Below are positions 30,122 through 39,103 of a stretch of DNA of 64,000 nucleotides, one piece after another. The notes beneath the pieces were generated by a model that worked only from the letters and a program-made list of their open reading frames with translations, was not told the origin of the DNA and did not search any database. The position numbers and the translations under genes are program-made. The stretch spans positions 32,001-96,000 of the forward strand of contig CAVQUB010000005.1 of the NCBI GenBank assembly GCA_963716725.1, given 5' to 3'. The stretch's first letter is position 1, and each line of letters starts with the position of its first letter. Source of the DNA: an uncultured delta proteobacterium (GTDB lineage Bacteria > Myxococcota_A > Polyangia > Polyangiales > Polyangiaceae).

Positions 30122-31597
30122 GTGGATTTCGAAGCAGTCGTGCAGAGTCATTCGTTCCCAGTGCAGTCAGTGATGCAGAGCCCGATCAACCCCTCAGTCC
30201 CCTGGCGCGAGGCCCTGGAGCGGACGCGAGCCCGCTCGCCCGCTTCCTTCGAGCAATGGTTCTCCAGCGTCCAGGTGGACTCGCTCGAAGCAGGAGTGCT
30301 CTCGCTGGCCGCCCGCGACGAGTTCGTTCGCGACTGGGTCAAGACCCACTTCCTTCCCGATTTCGTCAGCCACCTCGAAGCCATCATCGGCCGAGAGATC
30401 AAGGTCGACTGGCGAGTCTCCAACCACTTGGACCATCCGGTGTGTGAGCCCAAGGCGCCGGTTCAGCGCCGGGTCGCTCCATCGGCCGAGCGCCCGCCGT
30501 CCGAGCGCGGCAACGGTGGCGGGCTGCTGAAGAGCGATCGTTCGTCGGCCGATCGCGCGGGCCTCACCGCGAGCCTCAACCCCAAGCACACCTTCACCAA
30601 CTTCGTGGTCGGCCCTTCGAACGAGCTCGCCTACGCCGCGGCGCTCGCGTCGGCTGGCGGCGGAGGGCCACGTTACAACCCGCTCTTCATCGCGGGCGGC
30701 ACGGGCCTCGGCAAGACGCACCTCGTGCACGCCATCGCGCACCAGGTGCTCGAGAGCAACCCGCGCGCCCGCGTCATCTACACGTCCGCGGAGCACTTCA
30801 CCAACGAGTTCATCGAGTCGCTCCAGCACAAGAAGATGGACGAGTTTCGCGCGCGGTACCGCACCGAGTGCGACCTCTTGTTGCTCGACGACATTCAGTT
30901 CCTGGCGGGGCGCGAGCAGACCCAAGAGGAGTTCTTCCACACCTTCAACGCGCTCCGGGACTCGGACAAGCCCATCGTCGTCACCAGCGACAAGTACCCG
31001 CAGCAGCTTCAGCGCATGCCCGAGCGGCTGGTGTCGCGCTTCACCTCCGGCTTGGTCGCGGACATTCAGGTGCCTCAGCTCGAGACCCGCGTCGCCATCG
31101 TGCGCAAGAAGGCCGAAATCGAGTCGATTCACCTGGACGACGCCGTCGCGGTCTTGCTCGCGCAGACCGTCAAGAGCAACGTTCGCGAGCTCGAGGGCGC
31201 GCTGATCCGCCTCGCGGCCAAGTCCTCACTGACCGGCCAAGCCATCGATGTCGCCTTCGCGGCTGCGGAGCTCGCTCGCGTCGCGCCACGCCGCCCGGAC
31301 GTGATGAGCGTCGAGGACATCCAGCGCGTCGTGTGCAGCCACTTCCGTCTGACGAACTCGGATCTACTCAGCAAGGACCGACACAAGAGCGTGGCCTTCG
31401 CCCGGCAGGTCGCCATGTACCTGTGCCGACAACGCCTCAAATGCAGCTTCCCAGAGCTCGGGCGCGCGTTTGGCAACCGCGACCACACCACGGTGATGAG
31501 CGCAGTGCGTCGGGTGGAGCACCTGCGGGCGAAGGACCCGCAGGTCAACGCTCACCTAGAGGCCATCGAGCAGCGCTTGGCTTCGTCGGAAGACTGA
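30122..31597 (+). CDS. dnaA: Chromosomal replication initiator DnaA (alternative start at 30173)
   Basis: LNPKHTFTNFVVG, YNPLFI.GGTGLGKTHL, DDIQF, QEEFFHTFN, RELEGAL, RDHTTV. Confidence 0.97.
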   Translation: MDFEAVVQSHSFPVQSVMQSPINPSVPWREALERTRARSPASFEQWFSSVQVDSLEAGVLSLAARDEFVRDWVKTHFLPDFVSHLEAIIGREIKVDWRVSNHLDHPVCEPKAPVQRRVAPSAERPPSERGNGGGLLKSDRSSADRAGLTASLNPKHTFTNFVVGPSNELAYAAALASAGGGGPRYNPLFIAGGTGLGKTHLVHAIAHQVLESNPRARVIYTSAEHFTNEFIESLQHKKMDEFRARYRTECDLLLLDDIQFLAGREQTQEEFFHTFNALRDSDKPIVVTSDKYPQQLQRMPERLVSRFTSGLVADIQVPQLETRVAIVRKKAEIESIHLDDAVAVLLAQTVKSNVRELEGALIRLAAKSSLTGQAIDVAFAAAELARVAPRRPDVMSVEDIQRVVCSHFRLTNSDLLSKDRHKSVAFARQVAMYLCRQRLKCSFPELGRAFGNRDHTTVMSAVRRVEHLRAKDPQVNAHLEAIEQRLASSED

Positions 31598-32232
31598 CAC
31601 GCTCGCTCCGCCCCGTTCACCAGCGCGCCCGTGCGGCGCTCGACGGCGACCGTCGGCAGCGAGCGCGGCGCGATCGGACGAAGCTCGGGCAGCTGACCCA
31701 CGACGCCGGCGATGTGCATGGACACGGCGTCAAAGGACTCGCCCGCGGCGCTGCCGAGGGCGCGGCCATACGCAAACTCGCTGCGCGACGTCGTCGCGAC
31801 ACTCTCGCCGGCCAGCGGGATCCCGTCGCGCACCAGCTGCCAGGTCCCGCGAACGTTGGCGGACCAGCCAGGCCCGGTCGCGCTCGGCGGGCTCGAATCG
31901 ACGCGCACGCGCAGGTGCAAGAGGTAGTCTCCCGGAGCGACGTTGTCGCCCTTCCGCTTGACCGAGACCGAGGGAAAGCTCGGCCAGAGGGTGCGTTCGA
32001 GGGCGCCGCCGAGCGCCGCGTGCACCTCGGCGAAGCACAACGCCCGCTCGCTGGCAGTCCGCTCACACTGACGATCGGGCGTTCCCTCGAGCTCGATCCA
32101 CAGGCGACTCGAGTGGGCGACCATGGCGTCCGTTGGCGGGGCGAGCTCGGCTGAGCGCACGGTGGCGTGGTGATGGTGCGTGCACGCGAACGAGAAGCCC
32201 GCGGCGACGATCCAGGCGTGCTGCCGGTTCAT
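31552..32232 (-). CDS. Hypothetical lipoprotein
   Basis: MNRQHAWIVAAGFSFAC lipobox followed by THHHH; convergent overlap with the dnaA 3' end. Confidence 0.6.
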   Translation of the reverse strand: MNRQHAWIVAAGFSFACTHHHHATVRSAELAPPTDAMVAHSSRLWIELEGTPDRQCERTASERALCFAEVHAALGGALERTLWPSFPSVSVKRKGDNVAPGDYLLHLRVRVDSSPPSATGPGWSANVRGTWQLVRDGIPLAGESVATTSRSEFAYGRALGSAAGESFDAVSMHIAGVVGQLPELRPIAPRSLPTVAVERRTGALVNGAERACQSSDEAKRCSMASR

Positions 32233-32400
32233 GCGATCACGATAGCGATCGATCCGCGAGCTGGCCCAGTTCGCGACCCGCGGCATTTCCTGCGTGATTC
32301 TGAGCGGTTTATCGGTGGCGGCCTCCGGCGGTCGGCGCATGTCTGGGAAAGATGCGCAGGAAATCTGACTTGTGCCGCACCTCCCCCTATATTGTCCGAC

Positions 32401-32613
32401 ATGGCCAACATTCGGCACATCCATCAGTACATGACGGATCGCCGCCGGGTGCTGCTCGGAGACGGCCGTGTCGGAAAGATCATTCGGATCGACACGGATT
32501 TTCCCCATGGCAGCACGACGGTGTCCGTTTGGACCGGTGAAGGCCCCGGTGTCACCAAGGTCGACATCGGCGAGGTCGTCGGTCCGGCGCCGCAGGCGAA
32601 GAAGAGCGCCTGA
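32401..32613 (+). CDS. 70-aa small protein, possible SH3/KOW-like barrel
   Basis: CTGACT-17-TATATT promoter 7 nt before the ATG; pattern DGRVGKIIRID..TVSVW..KVDI. Confidence 0.6.
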   Translation: MANIRHIHQYMTDRRRVLLGDGRVGKIIRIDTDFPHGSTTVSVWTGEGPGVTKVDIGEVVGPAPQAKKSA

Positions 32614-32675
32614 GTGCCGCGGGGCGCCCCAGGGTCGGCCACGGCCGGCTCGGGGCGCCGGCGGGCTGGTGCGGG

Positions 32676-33617
32676 TCAGTCACTGGGCGAGGTCTGGGAC
32701 GCCTGCAGTTCGCCTTGCAGCAAGAAGCCCCCGCCGTTGCCGCGATTGGCAGCGAAAGCGTTGGCAGGTTGCCCGGCCCGCAGCGAGAGGTAGATGGTGG
32801 GAGCCGTGCCCGTGGGCAACGAACCGTCTGGACCCAGATTCACTGGCTGGCCCGCGGCGCTGCGGAACTGCTCCCGCAAGGCCGGTTGCGACAGATCGAG
32901 GTAGCTGCCGAGGGCGAGCCACATCTCCGCGACCTCGCCATTGTACTTCGCATCGCCGCCGTTGTCGGCGAACAGCCCCCACTGATTGCCGGTGTTGTCC
33001 ATCAGCGTGTCCGAATAGAAGTTCACGGTGATCGACGGGACGCCGTCCAGGTACAGGTGGCGTTTGCCCTGATCCGACAGGTCGGCGCTGAACATCACAT
33101 GGTGCCAACTGGCGGTGTCGGTGACCGCGGCGCTGTAGAGGTCTACCGCCACGCCGCCCCCGGCCCTGCGCCACACCACACGAAACCGATCGCTCGCGGT
33201 CCACTCCAGCGCATTGGGACTGCCGGAGCCCGCGGCTTCGGGACCGATGCAATACGTGCTGCCAAGACCGACCCGTTTGAACCAAATGGAACCGGTGACC
33301 TGTTTGCTGTCCGCGGTGCCGAGCGGCGCCTTCCTGTCGAGCCAGTCGCTCACGCCGTCGAACACCACGCCAAGCACCGGGAACGCGGGGACGCCGCCCG
33401 CGCCGCCGGCGCTCACCGCCCCCGTACCTGCCGTGCCGCCGGTGCCGCCCGTGCTCACCGCTCCCGTGCCTGCCGTGCCACCACCGCTGGCAACGACGCC
33501 GCCGCTGCCGTCGGCGGGCTGCACCTCGCCGACGTCGAGGCAGGCCGCGAGCAGCATCGATCCGGCGACGAGCGCCGCCGCGGGAAGGGACTGTCGGGCC
33601 ACTCGAAAAGCATACAC
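32676..33617 (-). CDS. Lipoprotein with LamG/ConA-like jelly-roll domain
   Basis: Lipobox LAAC, Gly-rich linker, FDGVSD, SIWFK, WHHV, LYLDG, YNGEVAE. Confidence 0.75.
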   Translation of the reverse strand: MYAFRVARQSLPAAALVAGSMLLAACLDVGEVQPADGSGGVVASGGGTAGTGAVSTGGTGGTAGTGAVSAGGAGGVPAFPVLGVVFDGVSDWLDRKAPLGTADSKQVTGSIWFKRVGLGSTYCIGPEAAGSGSPNALEWTASDRFRVVWRRAGGGVAVDLYSAAVTDTASWHHVMFSADLSDQGKRHLYLDGVPSITVNFYSDTLMDNTGNQWGLFADNGGDAKYNGEVAEMWLALGSYLDLSQPALREQFRSAAGQPVNLGPDGSLPTGTAPTIYLSLRAGQPANAFAANRGNGGGFLLQGELQASQTSPSD

Positions 33618-33691
33618 GTCGAGGGCCAGATGCGCAGGAGCTCCAGGCGCGGCAAGCTGCGGCTCGGCCGCCGCGGGGCGCCCCCCTTTGG

Positions 33692-34465
33692 TCAGAGCGG
33701 CCAGTGCACCCGCGGGATCGGGTACGCGGGCTTGGCCAGCAAGTAGCCCTGGACGTAGTCGACGCCACAGTCACGCACGGCCCGAAGCTCGTCCAGTGTC
33801 TCGATCCCTTCGGCGACGACCGCCGCGCCGAGCTCCTTGGACAGCTCGGTCATGGAGCGCACCAAGATTTGCTGGCGCCGGTTCTTGTCGAGCTCGATGA
33901 TCAACTGGCGGTCGAGCTTCACGACCTGTGGCTCGAGATCGAGCACACGCTTGAGGTTGCTGTGCCCCGCGCCCAGGTCGTCGACTACCAAGTGAACCTG
34001 TGCGCGAGCGCAGATCTCCTTGAGCACGCTACGACACAGGTCGAAGTAGGCGAAGGCGGCGGACTCGGTGATCTCCAAGAACACCTCGGCGTCGTGGTAG
34101 TTCAGCGGATCGTCCGGCCGCACCAGCCAGCGCGAGCTGAGCTCGTCCGGGTGCACGTTGACGAACAATCGGTGACCGGCGCCGCGCGCAAAGGCGACGT
34201 CGCGGATCGGGCGCCCGAGGCGACCCGTGGACTTCTCTTCCACCGCCCGCTCGAACAGCTTGGACGGATCTCGGTACTCGGGCACTTTGCACCGCACCAA
34301 CGCTTCTTGAGCAAACGCCTGCCCAGTCGCCATGGACACGATGGGCTGGAAGTGCACGTCGAGATCGTCGGCGGTCAAGAAGCGCGTGCTCTTGACGCTA
34401 CCGGCACGCGCCTGCGCGACGTCGCCTTCGGTCGCGGTCCATTTCAGGTTGCGCGGTGAGCTCAT
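33692..34465 (-). CDS. Stand-alone EAL-domain c-di-GMP phosphodiesterase
   Basis: FQPIV, EALVR, FVN, LEITES, DDLGAGHS, KLDR, AEGIET, QGYL. Confidence 0.92.
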   Translation of the reverse strand: MSSPRNLKWTATEGDVAQARAGSVKSTRFLTADDLDVHFQPIVSMATGQAFAQEALVRCKVPEYRDPSKLFERAVEEKSTGRLGRPIRDVAFARGAGHRLFVNVHPDELSSRWLVRPDDPLNYHDAEVFLEITESAAFAYFDLCRSVLKEICARAQVHLVVDDLGAGHSNLKRVLDLEPQVVKLDRQLIIELDKNRRQQILVRSMTELSKELGAAVVAEGIETLDELRAVRDCGVDYVQGYLLAKPAYPIPRVHWPL

Positions 34466-34516
34466 GTTCGACGGTCCGGTGCGCGAGCGCGAACTTCGAG
34501 CGTACCATGGCGCCTG

Positions 34517-35902
34517 TTACTTTTCGCGGCTGCCCGAGGAGAAAGTGAGGCCGCGGATCCGGACGGCGGGAGCGGCCACGGAGCCGCCGGCGGACCACCA
34601 GTTGGGCGCGATGACCCGCTCGGCGGTCATGCTGTCCATGCCGTCCGCGCGTTCGAGGGCTTCGAGCAGGCTGTCGGTGAAGCGCATGCTCTCGATGGGT
34701 CGAGTCACTTTGCCGCCTTCGATCAGAAACGTGCCGTCACGGGTCAGTCCGGTCATCACGGCGCGGCGTGGCTCGAGGTAGCCGTTCACGTAGTGCAGAC
34801 GTCGCACATAGAGACCCCGGTCCACGCCGGCGATCAGCTCGTCGACGCTCTTGGCGCTCCCACCTTGTACGACCAGCGACGACGGCAGGGGACCTCCGAC
34901 GCCGAACCCTCCCGGTTGCGCGGCGTTGCCCGTCGAGCTCACCCCGGCGCGGTTCGCGGTCAGGCGGTCGTGCACCACGCCCTGGGCCACGCCACGGACG
35001 ATCAGCGGAACCTGCCGCCGCGCGACACCCTCGCGATCGAAGGGCGCCGCGAAGGCGTGGGCGCCCAGAGGGTCCTCGACGACGCTGAACGACTCTGCCG
35101 TGATGCGTTCGCCGAGGCGACCGGACAGCGGGCTCAGCCCCTGCTCGAGTTCCCGGGCCCCCAGGCCGATCATCGCGAGCCACTCCACCAGCTCGCACAA
35201 GGCCAACGCGCCCAGCACGGTGTCGTAGCGGCCCGCCGGCAGCGAGCCGGGGTTCTTTCCGCGCAGCGCGTCGGCGATGGCTCGCTCGGTCTCGGCCTCG
35301 ATCTCGAGGCGGTCGAGATCCACGTGGGCGCCCATGCCGTGACCCGACGCGCCGCTGCTGCCCGCCGTCTCGAGCGCCCACACCTTGAAGGTCGCCAGAG
35401 TGCTCTCGTGGGACCGCGTCAGGCCGTGGGAGGTGGCTACGGCTTCGATGCGCGAGGTGGTATCGAGCACCCCGGTCGCGAGCAAGCCCGCCGAACGAAT
35501 GCGCTCGAACACCGGCGCCAGCAGGGCGACGCGCTGTTCCGCGCTCGCGCTCGCGGTGCTTTCCGCGTAGCGCGCCACCGGGACGGGCGTCGGCTCGTCG
35601 GGGCGGGCGAAGCCCGCGAAGAGCGGGTCGCGCGGCACGCTGGCGGCGGCCGCAGCGGTTCGCTGAATCACGCTCACGATGGCCGCTTCGTCGAGCTCCG
35701 AGGTGCTGGCCTCGAGCACCCGACCGTCGCGCGAGACTCGCACCGCCACCACCGGCTCTTCGAGCTGCATGTGCTGTCCGAGCTCGCCCACGGAAAATCG
35801 GGCGAAGCCTCGCCGCGCGAAGGTCGCGTAGAGCTCGGCATCGGGCTCTCCGGAAGTGGCCAGGGCCGAGCTGAGCAGGCCTGCGAGCTCTTCGCCCTTC
35901 AC
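34517..35902 (-). CDS. tldE: TldE/PmbA family protein
   Basis: PFDREGV, STGNA, TGLTRDGTFLIEGG; GTGA overlap with tldD. Confidence 0.85.
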   Translation of the reverse strand: MKGEELAGLLSSALATSGEPDAELYATFARRGFARFSVGELGQHMQLEEPVVAVRVSRDGRVLEASTSELDEAAIVSVIQRTAAAAASVPRDPLFAGFARPDEPTPVPVARYAESTASASAEQRVALLAPVFERIRSAGLLATGVLDTTSRIEAVATSHGLTRSHESTLATFKVWALETAGSSGASGHGMGAHVDLDRLEIEAETERAIADALRGKNPGSLPAGRYDTVLGALALCELVEWLAMIGLGARELEQGLSPLSGRLGERITAESFSVVEDPLGAHAFAAPFDREGVARRQVPLIVRGVAQGVVHDRLTANRAGVSSTGNAAQPGGFGVGGPLPSSLVVQGGSAKSVDELIAGVDRGLYVRRLHYVNGYLEPRRAVMTGLTRDGTFLIEGGKVTRPIESMRFTDSLLEALERADGMDSMTAERVIAPNWWSAGGSVAAPAVRIRGLTFSSGSREK

Positions 35903-37365
35903 GAGTGTCCGACCTCCACCTTGCGGAAGCGCGCTGGCGGTGCCGAGTGCGCCACCGCCATGGTTTGGATGGGATCCCCTTTGCCGCAGAGCATGAGTCC
36001 CCAGATGCGGGTCTCTTCGGGTCCGCAGATGGCGTCGCAGCTCTGCCAGAAGCGCGGGGTCATGCCCGTGTAGCGCGCGTCGCGAAGCATGCGAACGCGT
36101 TTTCCGTGTTTGATCTCCCAGGCGATCTCGCAGGAGAATTGAAAGTTCAGGCGGAGGTCGTCGATGCTCCAGCTCTGATTGACGTCGAACAAGATCCCGT
36201 CGGCGGTGTCGGCCACCAGGTCTTCCAGTGATCCGCTCCTCGGCTCCAGCGAGACGTTCACCATGCGGATCATCGGGACGCGGTTCCACCCATCGGCGCG
36301 CACCGTCGCCGTGGACTCCCGCCCGAGCGCAGCCGCGGTCTCTCGCGACGACAGGTAGTCCACGAAGATCCCGTCCTGTACCAGGGGAACCTTCCGGGCT
36401 GGCATGCCCTCGTCGTCCCAGCCGAAGGTGCCGAGGCCTTGGGGCGCGGTCGAGTCCGCGGTCAGGGTCACGATCTTCGAGCCATAGCGCAGCTTGCCCA
36501 GGTCTTCGGGCTGCAAGAACGAGCCCCCGGCCAGCGAGATCTCCGATCCCAACGCGCGATCGAGCTCGGTGGGATGCCCACACGACTCGTGGACCTGCAG
36601 CGCCAGCTGATTGCTGCCGAGCAGAATGTCCCGGACGCCTTCGGGGCACGGGTCGGCCGCGAGCAACTCGATCACTTCGCTCCGGATGCGAGGAGCAGCG
36701 GACGCGAGATCCGTCCGCGCGACGATCTCGTAGCCGCCCTGCAGGCCCTCGGAGCCAGGGAAGCCCGGGAACGAGCGGCGCTGCATCCGGCCGTCGCTGC
36801 TCACCGCGATGGCGGTCATGCCGGTGCCACCGAAGACCAGACGTTGCGAGACATCGGTGCCCTCGCTGGTGAGCAACAGCTTCTCGATCTCGGTCCAATG
36901 CATCCACGCCTCGGCGCTGTGGATCGGCGCGCCCCCGCGTCGCAGTTCGGCCTCTGGCGTCGCGAGATCTTCCAGCTTCCGCTCCAGGGACACCGAGAAG
37001 GGCTCGATTTCGACCGGGGAAGCATACTCACCGACCTCACCGTCTCGCGCCGGGAAGCTCACGGGCTGCGCTTGGAGCCGGGCGCTGGCGCGCGCGACCC
37101 CGATGGCCTCGTCCACCATGCGCAACACGGCGGTTTCGGTGTCGGCCTGCGCACAGGCGAAGCCCCAGGCCCCCTTCGCGATCAAGCGTACCGAGAAGCC
37201 CGAGCTGTTGCCGCTCGAGATCCCGTCCGGCGCGCCTTCTCGAACCCGCAGTCGCTCGTTCCGCTCGCGGAGCCAGCGGACCTCGACATGGGACACGTCG
37301 GGGTGCTGCTTTGCCCGTCGAAGTGCGGTCGTGCAGAGGTCGCGAGCCTTCGCGGGCGCTGGCAT
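35899..37365 (-). CDS. tldD: TldD metalloprotease
   Basis: HESCGHPTELDR, WDDEG, RMVN, CGKG.P.Q. Confidence 0.9.
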   Translation of the reverse strand: MPAPAKARDLCTTALRRAKQHPDVSHVEVRWLRERNERLRVREGAPDGISSGNSSGFSVRLIAKGAWGFACAQADTETAVLRMVDEAIGVARASARLQAQPVSFPARDGEVGEYASPVEIEPFSVSLERKLEDLATPEAELRRGGAPIHSAEAWMHWTEIEKLLLTSEGTDVSQRLVFGGTGMTAIAVSSDGRMQRRSFPGFPGSEGLQGGYEIVARTDLASAAPRIRSEVIELLAADPCPEGVRDILLGSNQLALQVHESCGHPTELDRALGSEISLAGGSFLQPEDLGKLRYGSKIVTLTADSTAPQGLGTFGWDDEGMPARKVPLVQDGIFVDYLSSRETAAALGRESTATVRADGWNRVPMIRMVNVSLEPRSGSLEDLVADTADGILFDVNQSWSIDDLRLNFQFSCEIAWEIKHGKRVRMLRDARYTGMTPRFWQSCDAICGPEETRIWGLMLCGKGDPIQTMAVAHSAPPARFRKVEVGHS

Positions 37366-37741
37366 GGCGCGCGGAGTCTAACCCGGTCGCCCCACCCGGC
37401 CGCGCAGAATGTGGCACCATCGGCGTGATGACGACGCACGGGCCTTGGGCGGTCTGGGCAGCGCTCTTGGTCGTGGGGTGCGGCGCGGGTCCTGAAAACC
37501 ACTCCATCCTGGCCGCCCTCGTGACCGCGATGGTCCTATGCCCGCGGCGCCGCAGGTCTCGCCGAGCGCGGACTGCAGTCCATCGGGTGCTCTAGGAGGC
37601 CGTTGGAGTATTCACGAGCGCTGCGGTCGCGCGTTGCTCCGCCGCAACCATCGTCTCGAGGCAAACCCCACAGCTTACACGAGATCGCCCCCTGCTTTCC
37701 ACGCTGTTTCTGCCAGGCGCACCACGCTAGAGAGTCGGGTC

Positions 37742-39103
37742 ATGAGGCGGCTGTCCCGTGCTGGTGCTCGCGCGCTGCCCCGTGCGCTGGCCGTTTCAGC
37801 GAGCGCATCCGCGCTGCTCCTGGCCTCGCCGCCTGCGCGGGCGGCGGAGACCTTCGATGCCTTCACGCTCTCTTCACTGGTGAATCAGAACGTGAACGTC
37901 ATGGTCGCGAACCAGCGTCTCTTACGCGCGCAGGAGATCGTGGGCTTCGACGGCTGGTACTTCGGATTCGCCAGCCGCGGCGCTCCGGCGTCTTATCGCA
38001 TGTCCGACGGCTCCACGCTCGACGGCGGGGTCGCGCGCGCGTTCCTCGTAGCGGGCGGACGCATGGCGAACCTGTTCATGGACTTGTCGGTTTACGCGGG
38101 CATTCAGGTCGACCACGCGAGCGCGAGCGACTTCCCCAACGTCATGAGCCCGGCCGGCAGCAGCGAGGGCAAGGGCGAGAAGGTGGTCGGCTTCTTCAGC
38201 GAGGCCATCTTCCACGGAGGTGTGTCGATGCAGGGTGTGAGCTTGAGCGGAGGCGTCCTGGCGCAGACGATGCGCTTCGATGCCGATCCCGCCGGGCGAT
38301 TCGTGCCCTACGGCTACCCGGACGACCAAGACCGCAACTTTCGCCCGGGCACGCCCGCGCTGGTGCGCGCGCGCCAAGGCGAGCAGCAGGCGCAGTGGAG
38401 CTACTTCGTGAACCTGGACTCCGACCGCGGCTACGCGCTCGGCGCGTTGTTCAGCCAAGTGGAGGAGGTCACGGAGCGCGGGCAATCCCAAGTCGACAGC
38501 GCGCTCGCAGCGGTGCGAGCGCTGGCACAACCGCGCGACCTGCTGAGCTCGCTCTCGTCTCAGGCGCTCGGCTACCCCGGGCTCGGCCTCAACCGCTACG
38601 CTCCGGGCGTGGATTACTACGGTGACCGCTTCAAGGAGTTGCAGAAGGCGGTGCGTGACGTGCGGCCCATCCCTCCGACCCGAAGCGCGGCGATCTACGA
38701 GGTCCCGCTGGTGTGGGACCGGATCCTCGGCAGCCCGGTGAGCACGCGCTTCGTTCCTCAGATCTCACCCGAGCCCTTGTTCCGGTTGGCTGACGTGTCG
38801 GCCTCTTTCCAGGCCGACATCTTCGAAGTGGGTGCGCGCGCCACGGTCTTCCGGCGCGCGGACGGGTACACCGGGGCCAGCGATCTCTACGCCGGCGTCC
38901 ACCTGACCGACCCGAAGGAAAAGAAGGGCATCAGCGTCAACGCGAGCTACAGCTTCAACAACCCGGACTCCGCGACCTTCCTGCCGATGCCCAACGCCCA
39001 CGTGCTGGGCATCGGGTTCATGCTCGGGCTGCCGGAGGCGCTGCCGCCGCCGGTACCCATCGCGCGAGACCCCCTCGAGCAGGCGAAAGAGGCCGATCGA
39101 TGA
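37742..39103 (+). CDS. Hypothetical secreted/outer-membrane protein
   Basis: Signal peptide ending ARA-AE; beta-strand rich; ATGA overlap with the next gene. Confidence 0.7.
   Translation: MRRLSRAGARALPRALAVSASASALLLASPPARAAETFDAFTLSSLVNQNVNVMVANQRLLRAQEIVGFDGWYFGFASRGAPASYRMSDGSTLDGGVARAFLVAGGRMANLFMDLSVYAGIQVDHASASDFPNVMSPAGSSEGKGEKVVGFFSEAIFHGGVSMQGVSLSGGVLAQTMRFDADPAGRFVPYGYPDDQDRNFRPGTPALVRARQGEQQAQWSYFVNLDSDRGYALGALFSQVEEVTERGQSQVDSALAAVRALAQPRDLLSSLSSQALGYPGLGLNRYAPGVDYYGDRFKELQKAVRDVRPIPPTRSAAIYEVPLVWDRILGSPVSTRFVPQISPEPLFRLADVSASFQADIFEVGARATVFRRADGYTGASDLYAGVHLTDPKEKKGISVNASYSFNNPDSATFLPMPNAHVLGIGFMLGLPEALPPPVPIARDPLEQAKEADR

Noticed and set aside
29580..30173. Short ORFs upstream of dnaA as possible rpmH or rnpA
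   Set aside because: None resembles L34 or RnpA; treated as non-coding.
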